This document shows, piece by piece, positions 20,501 through 29,756 of a DNA stretch of 64,000 nt. This DNA is from Giardia intestinalis. Taxonomy: Eukaryota. Where the stretch lies: NCBI GenBank assembly GCA_000002435.2, contig CM018793.1. One strand, 5' to 3'. Under the pieces are notes generated by a model, which worked only from the letters and a program-made list of their open reading frames with translations, did no database searches and was not told where the DNA came from. The translations under genes were made by a program, and so were the position numbers. Within the stretch, counting starts at the first letter, position 1. Each line of letters starts with the position of its first letter.

Positions 20501-23500
20501 AGACAGGTTGATGGAGATGATCTGACCTGAAGAATAGATAAAAAGGCAGTGTCAGAGCGAAAGAGATGCAAGTACGATCCCTCTATAAACACTGCATCTC
20601 CATTACTCAGTAAAAAGAGCGTGCTTTTTGATACCAAAAAACGCACAATAAATGTATTAAAAATAGGTAATTCGATCAACAAAACATGCGTTTCATTGGA
20701 GTATGCACTGTCAGAAAAAAGATCGTCGGGGACCCTGGCCAACACTACGCTTGCAATGTTCGGAACAAGTCTAGCGTACTCCATAGATATTTCGCTTCGT
20801 TCAACTTCGTCGCCAAAAAGAAACGGCGCAGAACTGTGCTTGACGTTACAGTCTTGCCTGGTAGAATATTTTTCCGACGTGGTGCTATGCCTAGACTGTG
20901 ACTTAGCGGCACCATACTCTGTTAGAAACCCAATTATTTCATATATTATGTTGGAGATAAAGTTTGGCAAAGTATCTATAGAATCATTTGGACTCGAGAG
21001 CTTTTCGTGTGCAGTTACTTGGATTTTCGACTCGTTATTTTCTGCAAAAGTCAGATCAACCAGCACAATGCCATTGCACTGGACATTACACGACCCATCA
21101 GAATACATTGCAAACTCAATATGGTCGGTGTTGCAACACGCTGTTGACCTGCTAGGGGTGAGCGCACCACAGAATTCGGCAATCAGCGCAAATCGAGCTA
21201 GATCTGGTCGCTTTGTATAAAGGAGGTCTTCTTCCAAGGCAATTCTACACATGAGAGCGCGCTCAGGCTCTTGTGGTGCAGGGTTTTGAGAAGAACTACT
21301 TTCTACCAGTGAGGATGCTACAGGATTGGCGTCGACTGTCTTAACGCTTCCACGAGCACCACTTCTACTCTGAGTTCTGGACGGGTTGCCTGATGATTCG
21401 TTTGCAGGTCTCTCCGTCTCTTCCGGCGTCAGGTGTGCTGGAATGGGCACTGGCTCCTGGAGAGCCGATGTATCCACAAAAACGCTACAATCTGATAGTA
21501 TGTATGTTAGCGTATACTGCTTTATTATGCCCACACTTTTATCTCCAAAGAGAATATTAAGTTTAGCGGTCATTGGAATAGCAGTCGTTAAGGGACCAAG
21601 CCCATCACCGCTATCCTTCTGGGACACTACTTCAATCCTGGATATGTTTTCCTCTGTTTCAGAAAGCATTACAAAGTGATCAGCGTAGTCTCCAGTACCA
21701 AGGTCAGATTCTGGTTGAACAAAAAGGCTAGCCCACATTCGATAAAAGTCAATTCGTCTCTGTAAGGGTGAGGATGAAATGGAGGATTTGTCGTTTGGAG
21801 TGAGGTAGAATGTGGAGTAATTCCTTAAACTATAATTAGGATGGATCGAGAACGATGTCTGTGCTTTAGCTTTGATAAAATCTGCAAATACCGTTTTAGA
21901 GAGGCGCTGTGGCGTGCTATTTATGCGCCCATATTGACTTTTAGAAAACGCTGAAGCCTCTACAACAACAGTTGTGGGCATCTGCTCTCTTTGCTTTGAA
22001 TCTTTGCCTTTGCCAACGCTTCCTACGGAATCTTTCCTTAACCCCTCTACGCAACTTGCCGAAATAGCCTCTCGAAGGCGACTAATAAGAGAAGCATTCT
22101 TGTTTTGCGAAGTATAATTCAAATACGTACAGTGCGACCCCTTTCCTGCAGTTTGTGCGTAATACACTGCAGAGACACTTATCTTCACATGCTTCTTCAA
22201 TCCACTAAGGCGGAGTTGGGTCACAGGATGCTTTTGCTTTGAGTAACTTTCCTCGTCAATGAGATCCTCATAGTCTGAATTCAGGAACCCCAGAAGACTA
22301 TTAAGTATAAAAGCCGACGGTTCATCACCATATAGTTCAAACAAAATAAGGGAAAGTGCTAACTCCAGGTTAAGCTCAGCGAGATCCTCGGGTGTTATTG
22401 CTGGGTCAACCTGGATAGCAGAGCCCTTGTCTTTTGCAGCACTACTTGCCGGCTTCCCTTTCTGTGGAACGTCCTTTTGATCATTGCGTATAGCATCACA
22501 GTGGTACCTCGTGAAGAAATCTTTGTAGCTCTCTGGCTTCAAAGGCGCAACGGGCCCCAATTGTGCCATTAAGCAGGGTATGCTATCAGAAGAAAAGTAA
22601 ATCCATTGAGAATCCGCTACTAATAGAGAGGCCAGTGACATATCGTTTGTGCAAGAGGAAACAGAAGCACTTGCTCCCCTGTTCTCCTCCATGATGGGTT
22701 CGAGTCCCTCTAATTCCACAGTGTGGTTGCTTTTGTCATCGGTTTCTGAACACTGTGCCTCTAAGCTTGGGTTAACTGCTGGTGAGATTCTTGAGCTACT
22801 TGAATCTCTCTGTTTTGTGCGACTTCCTTGTGGTCTAGAGTCTAACGAAGAGTCCAGAGCGTGTTGTTGACTCGATACTAGATACGGCTCACCATTGTCC
22901 AAATAAAGACTGGATCTCGCAAGATTGTCATCAGAAGAAGACCCGGCCGTTTGACAATTGACCTTCGAGTTTGCAAATTCAGCTACTTGTCGATATGTAG
23001 CCACACATGCTTCGGTAACAGTTTCTATTATAAAGTCTATAAACTGTGAGATTGGGTTTGGCTTTCGGACCCTATGGGGAGAGATACGATAAGATGGTTG
23101 CCCCGTTGATGCTGATTGCTCATTGTGTCCATCTTTTCCATGTAGAAACTCGTTAAAGGATGCGGGACTATCGGCATAGCAGTAGCAAATAGAGTACACA
23201 AGTGCGGGATCTGCCAATTCGCTCGGTGCCGACACTGGCGAAAACTGTTCCAGTGCATTTCGCCACTCCACGTAGCTGGGAACGACCGTTGATAGGACAG
23301 AGATAGGGTCGTATGGAATATCCAGCAATCTGCAGAGCTCTTGCAGATGTCTCAAGAGATACTGTTGTATATTACGCAAAAGAGACTGTTTCAGGACCAG
23401 CTCGTTTGTGTTCTCGAGAGTTCTCAAAACAACTCCATCTTCATTTGGTTCAATGAGCTTCTGGGAGAGACAAAGAGAGTTTGTTAGTGGCTCAAAATAG

Positions 23501-25347
23501 GCATAGTTCATTACTGGAATAATAGGCTTCGGTACCAGGGCTGTGTAGTACGCCAATCGATTTTGCGCCTCAGACGTTTTCGTGCCTAGCTTGATAACTG
23601 CACTGTGCTGAAGGTTCTTATGTACCACTGTCTCCGGTAATGCAGCGGTAATATCTAGGATATTATTAGGTGGTAAAGGACCAGGAGAACCATTGGCTAC
23701 TAATAGCTCATTCAGATGTAGGACAAGGGTCTTCCTGACCAAGGTCTCCGCCTCTTGAATTGAAAGCGGTTGAGGGCTTTCTTTGAGGAATAGCCTAATG
23801 AGCTCCTGAAAGTCTGATCTCCGTAACATCACAGTTCGCGGCGATAGACTGCGAAAGTTTTCAAGAATAGCATAATTCCGTTCTGGGAAGTATTCTTCTA
23901 TGAGTTTTTGAATGTCTAATGTCGCTATTTGGGCGTCCAAGGCCCTCTTTTTATAGGTCTTGACCTCTTCAGAGACACAACGATTCAAGGTTATAGTGTA
24001 AGTGTCATAGAGAGAGGTATATGCTGTCGCTTTGTTCATCTGCGGTGAGAGTGCTTCGTACGTGTTCTGGAGTGGCTCATTTGTGTCACAATTCAAGGCG
24101 TGCCCATCATTGTGTCCTGCTTCCCTGTTACCCTTGGAGCTGCTGTAAAGACGTAATAGACCGGTGATACCAGTGAATGAACTAGGAAGGCCTTCAAATC
24201 TTTGCCTGAACAAATTGCTGTCTTCAAATGGAGCAAAGCAAGTACTTTCAGAATGGATGACACTCCGCAGAGGAAATAAAAGAGGTCCAGTAATTGTGCG
24301 ATCTGATAGAGTAACAGACTCATCAGTTAACGCGGACGATTCCTCGCCTGCGTGATTCCAGCTGAGCTCGACAGGAGTAGACTGACAATCCTCATGTTCG
24401 GCTGATTCTTCTCTATTTCCTGCCAAGTTCGATTCACGTGGTCCACGTGTTTGCAAGACATTGAGAGAGATATCTCCTTCAGAGAGAGGTATGTTGTCTG
24501 CTACAGACGCAGGCTGGGCAAGTTGTGTGTCTGCCTTCTTGGGATCTGGAGAGCACAGCACCACAGCATCAACCATGGCACCTAGCAACACAGATAAGTG
24601 ATTTTGATCTGCTGGGGAGAAGTAGCTCATCCGTGTTCTATAGAGACGCATCATCCTAGGCCCAAGCACAGCCGTATCATACAAAAGGTGTAATGACGGG
24701 CAACCGAGCGTAACAATCATTGGTGGCATAACATCGAGCCAAACGGAATGTCCGCTGACATTATGTACTCTAGATGCGCGCAGATGGGCCATGTAAAGGC
24801 GTCTATGCATCCACTCACGAAGCAGCTCCTGAGCCACAGAAAGGAGAAGCGGGAACTCTATAGCGGTTTCGTTTATAAGATATTCGTGGAAGTCCTTCGT
24901 CTCAACCTTTGGGGCTTCGTTTTTGCTGTCGGATTTTCCCTTGCTCTTCTCTATGGGTTTTGCAGCGACCTCCTGACTGGGGCAATAAAAGTGTCGCAGA
25001 TTGATATCTAGTTCTGGGAAGGTGCAACTATATGAAGCATCTGACGTGCTAGATCCTGAAGTCAGAGTCACCTGCCCGCCGACGCACAAGTCCAAAGCGC
25101 GTAAATCGCTCTGTTCTATTCCATCTATCAATACAAAGGTGGTGTGCTCAACACCCAAGGATAGCGCAGCAGTGCGTTTGGCACTAACCACGTCCTGTAA
25201 AGAAGAAAGAAGCATCGTCTGCTTAGATGCACAATCAGCTGTGAAATCAAGATAGACAAGATCCTTGAACACCGGAGAAGATAAGTCGGCGGCTAAGGCC
25301 TCGGTACAAGGACCAACCCGACGGATGAGGAGGGGAACAATCCTCAT
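17524..25347 (-). CDS. Giant hypothetical protein (2607 aa), no recognisable domain
   Basis: 7.8-kb uninterrupted ORF with an ATG start at the complement of 25345-25347. The sense-strand ORF is continuous; the competing antisense ORFs (e.g. 20549..21220, 223 aa; 18497..18874, 125 aa) are short. By eye there is no kinase, ATPase, repeat or transmembrane signature. Confidence 0.65.
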   Translation of the reverse strand: MRIVPLLIRRVGPCTEALAADLSSPVFKDLVYLDFTADCASKQTMLLSSLQDVVSAKRTAALSLGVEHTTFVLIDGIEQSDLRALDLCVGGQVTLTSGSSTSDASYSCTFPELDINLRHFYCPSQEVAAKPIEKSKGKSDSKNEAPKVETKDFHEYLINETAIEFPLLLSVAQELLREWMHRRLYMAHLRASRVHNVSGHSVWLDVMPPMIVTLGCPSLHLLYDTAVLGPRMMRLYRTRMSYFSPADQNHLSVLLGAMVDAVVLCSPDPKKADTQLAQPASVADNIPLSEGDISLNVLQTRGPRESNLAGNREESAEHEDCQSTPVELSWNHAGEESSALTDESVTLSDRTITGPLLFPLRSVIHSESTCFAPFEDSNLFRQRFEGLPSSFTGITGLLRLYSSSKGNREAGHNDGHALNCDTNEPLQNTYEALSPQMNKATAYTSLYDTYTITLNRCVSEEVKTYKKRALDAQIATLDIQKLIEEYFPERNYAILENFRSLSPRTVMLRRSDFQELIRLFLKESPQPLSIQEAETLVRKTLVLHLNELLVANGSPGPLPPNNILDITAALPETVVHKNLQHSAVIKLGTKTSEAQNRLAYYTALVPKPIIPVMNYAYFEPLTNSLCLSQKLIEPNEDGVVLRTLENTNELVLKQSLLRNIQQYLLRHLQELCRLLDIPYDPISVLSTVVPSYVEWRNALEQFSPVSAPSELADPALVYSICYCYADSPASFNEFLHGKDGHNEQSASTGQPSYRISPHRVRKPNPISQFIDFIIETVTEACVATYRQVAEFANSKVNCQTAGSSSDDNLARSSLYLDNGEPYLVSSQQHALDSSLDSRPQGSRTKQRDSSSSRISPAVNPSLEAQCSETDDKSNHTVELEGLEPIMEENRGASASVSSCTNDMSLASLLVADSQWIYFSSDSIPCLMAQLGPVAPLKPESYKDFFTRYHCDAIRNDQKDVPQKGKPASSAAKDKGSAIQVDPAITPEDLAELNLELALSLILFELYGDEPSAFILNSLLGFLNSDYEDLIDEESYSKQKHPVTQLRLSGLKKHVKISVSAVYYAQTAGKGSHCTYLNYTSQNKNASLISRLREAISASCVEGLRKDSVGSVGKGKDSKQREQMPTTVVVEASAFSKSQYGRINSTPQRLSKTVFADFIKAKAQTSFSIHPNYSLRNYSTFYLTPNDKSSISSSPLQRRIDFYRMWASLFVQPESDLGTGDYADHFVMLSETEENISRIEVVSQKDSGDGLGPLTTAIPMTAKLNILFGDKSVGIIKQYTLTYILSDCSVFVDTSALQEPVPIPAHLTPEETERPANESSGNPSRTQSRSGARGSVKTVDANPVASSLVESSSSQNPAPQEPERALMCRIALEEDLLYTKRPDLARFALIAEFCGALTPSRSTACCNTDHIEFAMYSDGSCNVQCNGIVLVDLTFAENNESKIQVTAHEKLSSPNDSIDTLPNFISNIIYEIIGFLTEYGAAKSQSRHSTTSEKYSTRQDCNVKHSSAPFLFGDEVERSEISMEYARLVPNIASVVLARVPDDLFSDSAYSNETHVLLIELPIFNTFIVRFLVSKSTLFLLSNGDAVFIEGSYLHLFRSDTAFLSILQVRSSPSTCLVPTQGGSSAIPVYSSPLVLYASQGFPFWNVFFEQRKKWLVTRKIPERINFNPKSRPHLGQHNIERESMALKDTLTLARQMCNLAQKEYSEFPAVYPCYLDIFGTESVWRMHHEAFVTGTDSVVVPLRGVTRFLLGSPEVHAPDCRGHSISPYPPSLSLLDWTGNTIFCRLGCTFEPKITKFVTLTESVQQPERSLSKEKGASRKETSSTGTQSSKKTSKEPPRVATDTNTSAEQQSQDVASDALAKPPCTIVEKKLDCFNSVRPFLPPVIPPKVQADVVVELERVLQEREDKAMQRILKREQALNDVLEKQSVESAPRKDAKEKSPKKSNKDTNKPETTLKEEPLENDAPLEVHREIVDILSEVNPIKTYSALQLFFKHFSDISRQKMEQEAAMAVAQSSAKGKDLKNQVEPAFVSIPKVSSVYLSRQEHPQTAEGLLDDCMQDPNGIPLPCCPIISPRYFIYPISPDLRNALSYSVEDECMGYLRNCEPWVCLHDADISYLRYIGMLHQLIDSSNYTAISSRSSQAYFKISTTSKLSCLPRYLFSLPLSSIVCQILNTMRSALAFTNLPMTSALEDSPCDASTLSTTSRGKAGAKGVITRGGTHATVAQGIVLPPKLKGKSAWETGASDPSPLHVPFGERFLSLFDPNSPYLLHPGDKYAANVVEFIELHSFLTKGDLLCYQHLEQTKLNWKLSAAQRDIVIQSYQKMETTGIALGKALTSVIAILKKEKRQREREAMRELEQQEELARQMALFAEQHVRSNEEEKNEVSYDYSVDKPTKSARPRKHMNTKKPVDMALPKIANISPPPLDWKRQFNDEDLDVEYAALSVDELRRKSYVEKYPLLKYVPADIDPREKAMSSKMLAHQTIIQSTSGSSVLGSSKNNPTILRAIPTKINIRQKTFNVLLKNLSEDILSVSLTYDCNILNLSEPTGPLTLSPQTSIDLHFEVKLHRPTEIVVKGETLAGNSDSIVVSCVGKIMPTSTSSHSGLR

Positions 25348-25432
25348 AGTTGCAGGATTTGCTGAAATTTCAACTAGTTATTTACAATTTCAGTATGTTT
25401 GGCAATCAATAATAAACAATTGCAATTAATAA
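25348..25432. promoter_or_regulatory. 85-bp A/T-rich divergent intergenic region (bidirectional promoter candidate) between the giant ORF and NOP2
   Basis: The sequence reads ...gaaatttcaactagttatttacaatttcagtatgtttggcaatcaataataaacaattgcaattaataa. It is flanked by ATGs on opposite strands. Confidence 0.4.
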
Positions 25433-26941
25433 ATGACGAAGCACGGAGCGAAGGGAAAGAGTAGCGCTGCACGAGGTCAAAGGGCTGCACAAAGAAAGGC
25501 TGTGGAAGTGCCACGTAAGGAGGATGATAGTTCTTCTGTCTCTAGCTCCTCATCCAATAGTGATTTCTCTTCCGAAGGAGCTCCAGGCCCAATGGCAAGT
25601 GGCTTCGTCGGGTTCAGCAAGGGGGCAAGTGAGCCTGGCCGCAAAAGGCTTTTTGACGACAGCGACGAAGAGAATGACCACTCTGATTCTAGCCCACAAC
25701 AAAAGGAAGTGGCAGAAGAGTTTGGAAGTGAGGAGTCTACTTTCACAGACGAGAAGATTGACATAGGCCTCAAAGCTACACGACCTGCAATCCGGGCTAT
25801 GCAAGAGGCGCAGGAAGAGAACATGAAGGAGCTTAGGCATACGGAAATCTACGATCCGCGTGTAGATGAGGTCACCAACATAGAAGGAATTCGTGGAAGG
25901 ATCTTGCGTGTCGTTGGGGTCCTGGCAGACTTCAAGTCACGGCGCCATCCTGATCTGAGCCGCATGTTCTATCTAGAGCTACTTAAGAAGGATATATCGG
26001 TAGCGTATGGTTACTCAGACGGCGTCATTGACATTTTGCTAGGTCTTTTTGGCCCCATAGACTTCCATGCGTTTATAACAGCTTGCGAGAAGCCACGCCC
26101 ACTCACCATTCGTGTCAATTCCCTGAAGGTCAAGCGGCGCCAACTCGCGCAGATGCTTATTGCACGCGGCGTCAACCTGGATCCTCTTGGTGACTGGTGT
26201 AAGGATGGCCTGCAGATCTTCTCCTCCCAGGTGCCCATAGGAGCAACCCCGGAGTATCTGCGTGGATACTACATGATACAAGACGCTGCCTCGTTCTTGC
26301 CGCCCATGGCGTTGAGTCCCAAGCCAGGCGAGCGTATTCTTGACATGTCTGCGGCTCCAGGAGGAAAGACAACGCATCTAGGAGCCCTGATGCAGGACTC
26401 TGGAATGATCCTCGCTAATGACATGAACAGGGACAGAATACCTGCTCTTCAGGCCAATCTGGCTCGAATGGGTGTGACGTGCGCCGTGATTTCTTGCAGT
26501 GACGCTAGAGAGCTGGCACAGTGCACTGGGAACTTTGACAGGGTGTTACTTGACGCTCCTTGTACGGGGCTGGGCGTCGTTTCTAAGGATGCAAGCATCA
26601 AGGCCAACAGGACATTCGAAGATATACACAAGCTTTCTCACCTCCAGAAGGAGCTTCTTAAATGTGCATTTGATCTTTTAGCGAAGCATCCCTCAAGCCC
26701 ACGATTGGTATGCTATTCTACTTGCAGCGTAACACTGTCTGAAAACGAGGCCGTAATAGACTGTATTTTGCGCACGCGGAATGTCGAGGTTGTGGATCTG
26801 CCATTTAACTTCGGAAAACCCGGAATTACGAGATTCAATGGTGTGAGCTATCACCCATCCATTCAGAAGGCACGTCGCTTCTATCCGCATATACACAACA
26901 CCCATGGATTCTTCATCTGTCTGCTGCGTCTCAAAGTGTAG
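25433..26941 (+). CDS. NOP2: Nucleolar rRNA (cytosine-C5)-methyltransferase NOP2 (NOL1/NOP2/Sun family)
   Basis: 502 aa. The SAM-binding motif is ILDMSAAPGGKTTHLGALM. The catalytic motifs DAPCTGLGV (motif IV Cys) and YSTCSV (motif VI Cys) are present. There is extended collinear similarity to yeast Nop2/human p120 (RPLTIRVNSLK..., VPIGATPEYL.GYYMIQ, RFYPHIHNTHGFFI). The N-terminus is acidic/Ser-rich. Confidence 0.9.
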   Translation: MTKHGAKGKSSAARGQRAAQRKAVEVPRKEDDSSSVSSSSSNSDFSSEGAPGPMASGFVGFSKGASEPGRKRLFDDSDEENDHSDSSPQQKEVAEEFGSEESTFTDEKIDIGLKATRPAIRAMQEAQEENMKELRHTEIYDPRVDEVTNIEGIRGRILRVVGVLADFKSRRHPDLSRMFYLELLKKDISVAYGYSDGVIDILLGLFGPIDFHAFITACEKPRPLTIRVNSLKVKRRQLAQMLIARGVNLDPLGDWCKDGLQIFSSQVPIGATPEYLRGYYMIQDAASFLPPMALSPKPGERILDMSAAPGGKTTHLGALMQDSGMILANDMNRDRIPALQANLARMGVTCAVISCSDARELAQCTGNFDRVLLDAPCTGLGVVSKDASIKANRTFEDIHKLSHLQKELLKCAFDLLAKHPSSPRLVCYSTCSVTLSENEAVIDCILRTRNVEVVDLPFNFGKPGITRFNGVSYHPSIQKARRFYPHIHNTHGFFICLLRLKV

Positions 26942-26961
26942 GACGCGCATCTAGTGTCCAT

Positions 26962-29085
26962 CTAGTCCAGTTTCCCCATAAAGTCTATAATGTTAATGCA
27001 CATACTCTCAAAGCAAACAATTGCAGATATCACAATAGCCGTTATAGCGATTGCCTTGCGCCTTTTGGTCATCTTTGCCAGCTCAGCTTCTCTGTTTATC
27101 GCGCCACAGATGTTCCCTATCTCTACCTGCTGCGCCTCTGCAACGGCAGGCATAATATCCGGTAGTCCACGCGCGCTGTCACTTTCTTCTTCTGTCGATT
27201 CGGTGTACTCTGCCCCAGCTTTGTTCTGAATCTTGTAGGAGCGTTCTCTCGTGCTCTCGCCTGCTCCATCGCGAAGTTCATCGTTCTGGGGGAGATTTGG
27301 TGTGTCATCGTACTTGCCGTCTATGCTATCGATGTCATGCGGTGTCTGACTGGTCGAGCCTCGGAAGCGTGAATTGACCAGTGAACTGTTGTTCCTGCTT
27401 TTTGTGACCATACTCGCTCGGCGGGAGCTGGCTTTGGGAGCCGAGATGTTGACGATGAAAGACGAGGTCCTGTCGCGACCACCCGTCAATGGAGCCCCCG
27501 TGTCAACTGTTGTAAGAGGAGGCAGAGTCGAACCTCGTGCCGCCTCGAAGTTTGTGGCGGCGCTGGAGAGCGTCCTCCCACGCATGAAACCAATGAGAGA
27601 TCCCGTGCGCATAACAGAAACCCCGCGGGAGCGATTGACGGTGACCTCCACCGCATTCACATCCACTGGTGCGGCTGTACTGATAGATCTTGCCCTGGTT
27701 ATGGCATCCTTGACGTCTCCTGGCAGCATAAGGGCCATCAAAGAAGTCCCAACAGCCTCTGTCTCAATAACGCCATTTTCATCAGCAGCTTCGCGAAACT
27801 CCTGACCGACATCGTTTTTTGACTCTACGCGAAGAATGGGGAGCTTGTAATATACCCAAATGGGGACCCCGAAATATAAGATGCCGCCACAGATAGACCC
27901 TAAAAGTCCAAATATGGCGGCAATATTTTCGTAAACTAACGCTACACCGAACCCGAAGATGACAAACGCAAGAGTTAAGCCTGCAAAGATGCCGTACCAA
28001 CGCTTGGGCTCGATGTCCTTATCAATCTTAATGTAGGAAAATATCGAGAGCTTTAGAGGATACAAAACTAGGGGATAGGCCACACAAACAACTAATGCGT
28101 AAAGAATCTTGATCACCACAATCCAATAATCACTGCAAATGTCAAATGACTTCAAAACGTTTGAATCTATAGTCTTCCCAAAGATTAGCGCACCAAAAAA
28201 TCCCACCAGACAATATAGAACTGTGCACAAAGACATGGCAATAATTATAGACAACTTTAGCACACGCATGCGAAGGTAAAGAGGGCCTTTTAACATGCTT
28301 AGCATTGGTGGGGTTACAAGCTGTGCTGTGTAGTTTCCTTGAAGCATGGGTATGTAGCTGAAGAAGAACAGGAACCCCATGGGCAGGGACCCGAGCCCCA
28401 ACCCCTTGCTCGGGGACGGCCACCAGGGGACCGCAGGGCGGAAGAAGCCCCCTGCCGTGCTGCCGTCGGTCGGCTTTGCCGAAGGAAAGCGAGGGCAGAC
28501 CTGCCCGTTGCGTCCGAGGGAGATGAAGTAGTATACAGGGATGGTGACGGCCATGCCCATCGCAAAGAAGATGGAGACAGACGCTATGGCAGAAAGCACC
28601 TTCGTGGACTTGAGGAGAGAAAGAGGAAGGATGATGAGGAAGGAGACGCCGGCTTTTATCACGTATGGTATCCACTTGTGTGAGTCGAACGAAGGAAGGA
28701 ACGACTGCAGAATCCCAATAACTGATTGGCTAGCAATGATGATGTAGCTCGTAAGAAAGCCAAAGTAGAGAACTATAAGCATTGCATCTAGAGTGTATGC
28801 GAACTTTGGCCCAATAACCTTTTGGGTTAGTGCCCGATAGGAGTAAGACCGCGTAAGGTAGCAAGCCTCTATATATCCAAGAATGAGATACAAAGAGATC
28901 CCCAGCGAAATAGGTATAATGAAGAACGTTAAGGTGAAACCAATCCTTGAGAAGATGTATGCAATAGACAAAAGCGAGGCCCCTACTATCTGAGACATTA
29001 ATGTGAAGGATGTTGATGTAGACGAGTTCTCTTCACTGTCCCTCTTTGCATCAGATTTGCCTCGGCTACGCTCATCGGGCGACAT
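26962..29085 (-). CDS. Amino acid transporter (Aa_trans / amino acid-auxin permease family) with a long hydrophilic C-terminal extension
   Basis: 707 aa. The N-terminal region is typical of the family (TSFTLMSQIVGASLLSIAYIFSRIGF...) and has about 10-11 hydrophobic helices. The C-terminal third is Ser/Arg-rich and ends in an extra hydrophobic segment. Confidence 0.7.
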   Translation of the reverse strand: MSPDERSRGKSDAKRDSEENSSTSTSFTLMSQIVGASLLSIAYIFSRIGFTLTFFIIPISLGISLYLILGYIEACYLTRSYSYRALTQKVIGPKFAYTLDAMLIVLYFGFLTSYIIIASQSVIGILQSFLPSFDSHKWIPYVIKAGVSFLIILPLSLLKSTKVLSAIASVSIFFAMGMAVTIPVYYFISLGRNGQVCPRFPSAKPTDGSTAGGFFRPAVPWWPSPSKGLGLGSLPMGFLFFFSYIPMLQGNYTAQLVTPPMLSMLKGPLYLRMRVLKLSIIIAMSLCTVLYCLVGFFGALIFGKTIDSNVLKSFDICSDYWIVVIKILYALVVCVAYPLVLYPLKLSIFSYIKIDKDIEPKRWYGIFAGLTLAFVIFGFGVALVYENIAAIFGLLGSICGGILYFGVPIWVYYKLPILRVESKNDVGQEFREAADENGVIETEAVGTSLMALMLPGDVKDAITRARSISTAAPVDVNAVEVTVNRSRGVSVMRTGSLIGFMRGRTLSSAATNFEAARGSTLPPLTTVDTGAPLTGGRDRTSSFIVNISAPKASSRRASMVTKSRNNSSLVNSRFRGSTSQTPHDIDSIDGKYDDTPNLPQNDELRDGAGESTRERSYKIQNKAGAEYTESTEEESDSARGLPDIMPAVAEAQQVEIGNICGAINREAELAKMTKRRKAIAITAIVISAIVCFESMCINIIDFMGKLD

Positions 29086-29217
29086 TTAATTTTTGCTTCA
29101 GCGTTTGTCTTTTGATGGAAAGAAGCGGTCTTAGTAATAACGGTATTACAGGAAAAGTTATGAATGTTGCTAATCTTCTGGAAGCTGTTGACCCTCGTTT
29201 ACAGGAAGCAGTAAATA

Positions 29218-29748
29218 ATGGCGCTGATATCATATCCGACAAAGGACACACTCTTCTTACTAGACGCTGGGATAGCGATAAACGCCATGGAGCAGCTACC
29301 GCCCAAAGTCTTTGTTAGAAAGATTGCAGAGGTGTTTCCCAGGTCGGCGGTGCTTCTTGGTCCCAGGCCTGCGGACAACGTGGCACGACTGGGAAGACTA
29401 TCCGAGAACATTCGGTCGTATATAGTTTGCACTCTGCTGTGCATGCAACGGTTGCATCAGCAGATTAGACGCCCAAATAGCATTTTAGACACAAGGAATT
29501 GCCGCAGAAGGCAGCTGGCAGAGAGCAGAGAAGCATTCTACGTGCTCCTAAGGATATACATAAAGCTTTATGAGCAACGAGATCTGCGGGCATCAATCTT
29601 CTCTGGGCTCTGTGACATGTCTCCTAGGGATCTAAATTTCCTCGAGATAGAGCTCCTTTGCATGTTGCACTTTTCACTAATAATCAGCACAGATGTATTC
29701 TTGACCGTGGTTTCTGACATCTGTAAAGGCAAAATGACTAAAATCTAA
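29218..29748 (+). CDS. PHO80-like (P/U-type) cyclin
   Basis: 176 aa. The cyclin-box core AFYVLLRIYIKLYEQRD...LNFLEIELLCMLHFSLII matches the PHO80-family pattern (VFLTALTVASKFL...LNALEREFLFLLDFDL). Confidence 0.5.
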   Translation: MALISYPTKDTLFLLDAGIAINAMEQLPPKVFVRKIAEVFPRSAVLLGPRPADNVARLGRLSENIRSYIVCTLLCMQRLHQQIRRPNSILDTRNCRRRQLAESREAFYVLLRIYIKLYEQRDLRASIFSGLCDMSPRDLNFLEIELLCMLHFSLIISTDVFLTVVSDICKGKMTKI

Positions 29749-29756
29749 ATTTTCTC

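Noticed and set aside
20549-21220. 223-aa plus-strand ORF inside the giant minus-strand gene, and other antisense ORFs such as 18497..18874, 29993..30469, 28142..28683, 31899..32270, 47251..47655 and 49287..49655
   Set aside because: All are embedded antisense to much longer uninterrupted ORFs with recognisable products or protein-like composition. In the Cys-rich HCMP, the antisense frames are open simply because Cys/Gly codons lack reverse-complement stops.
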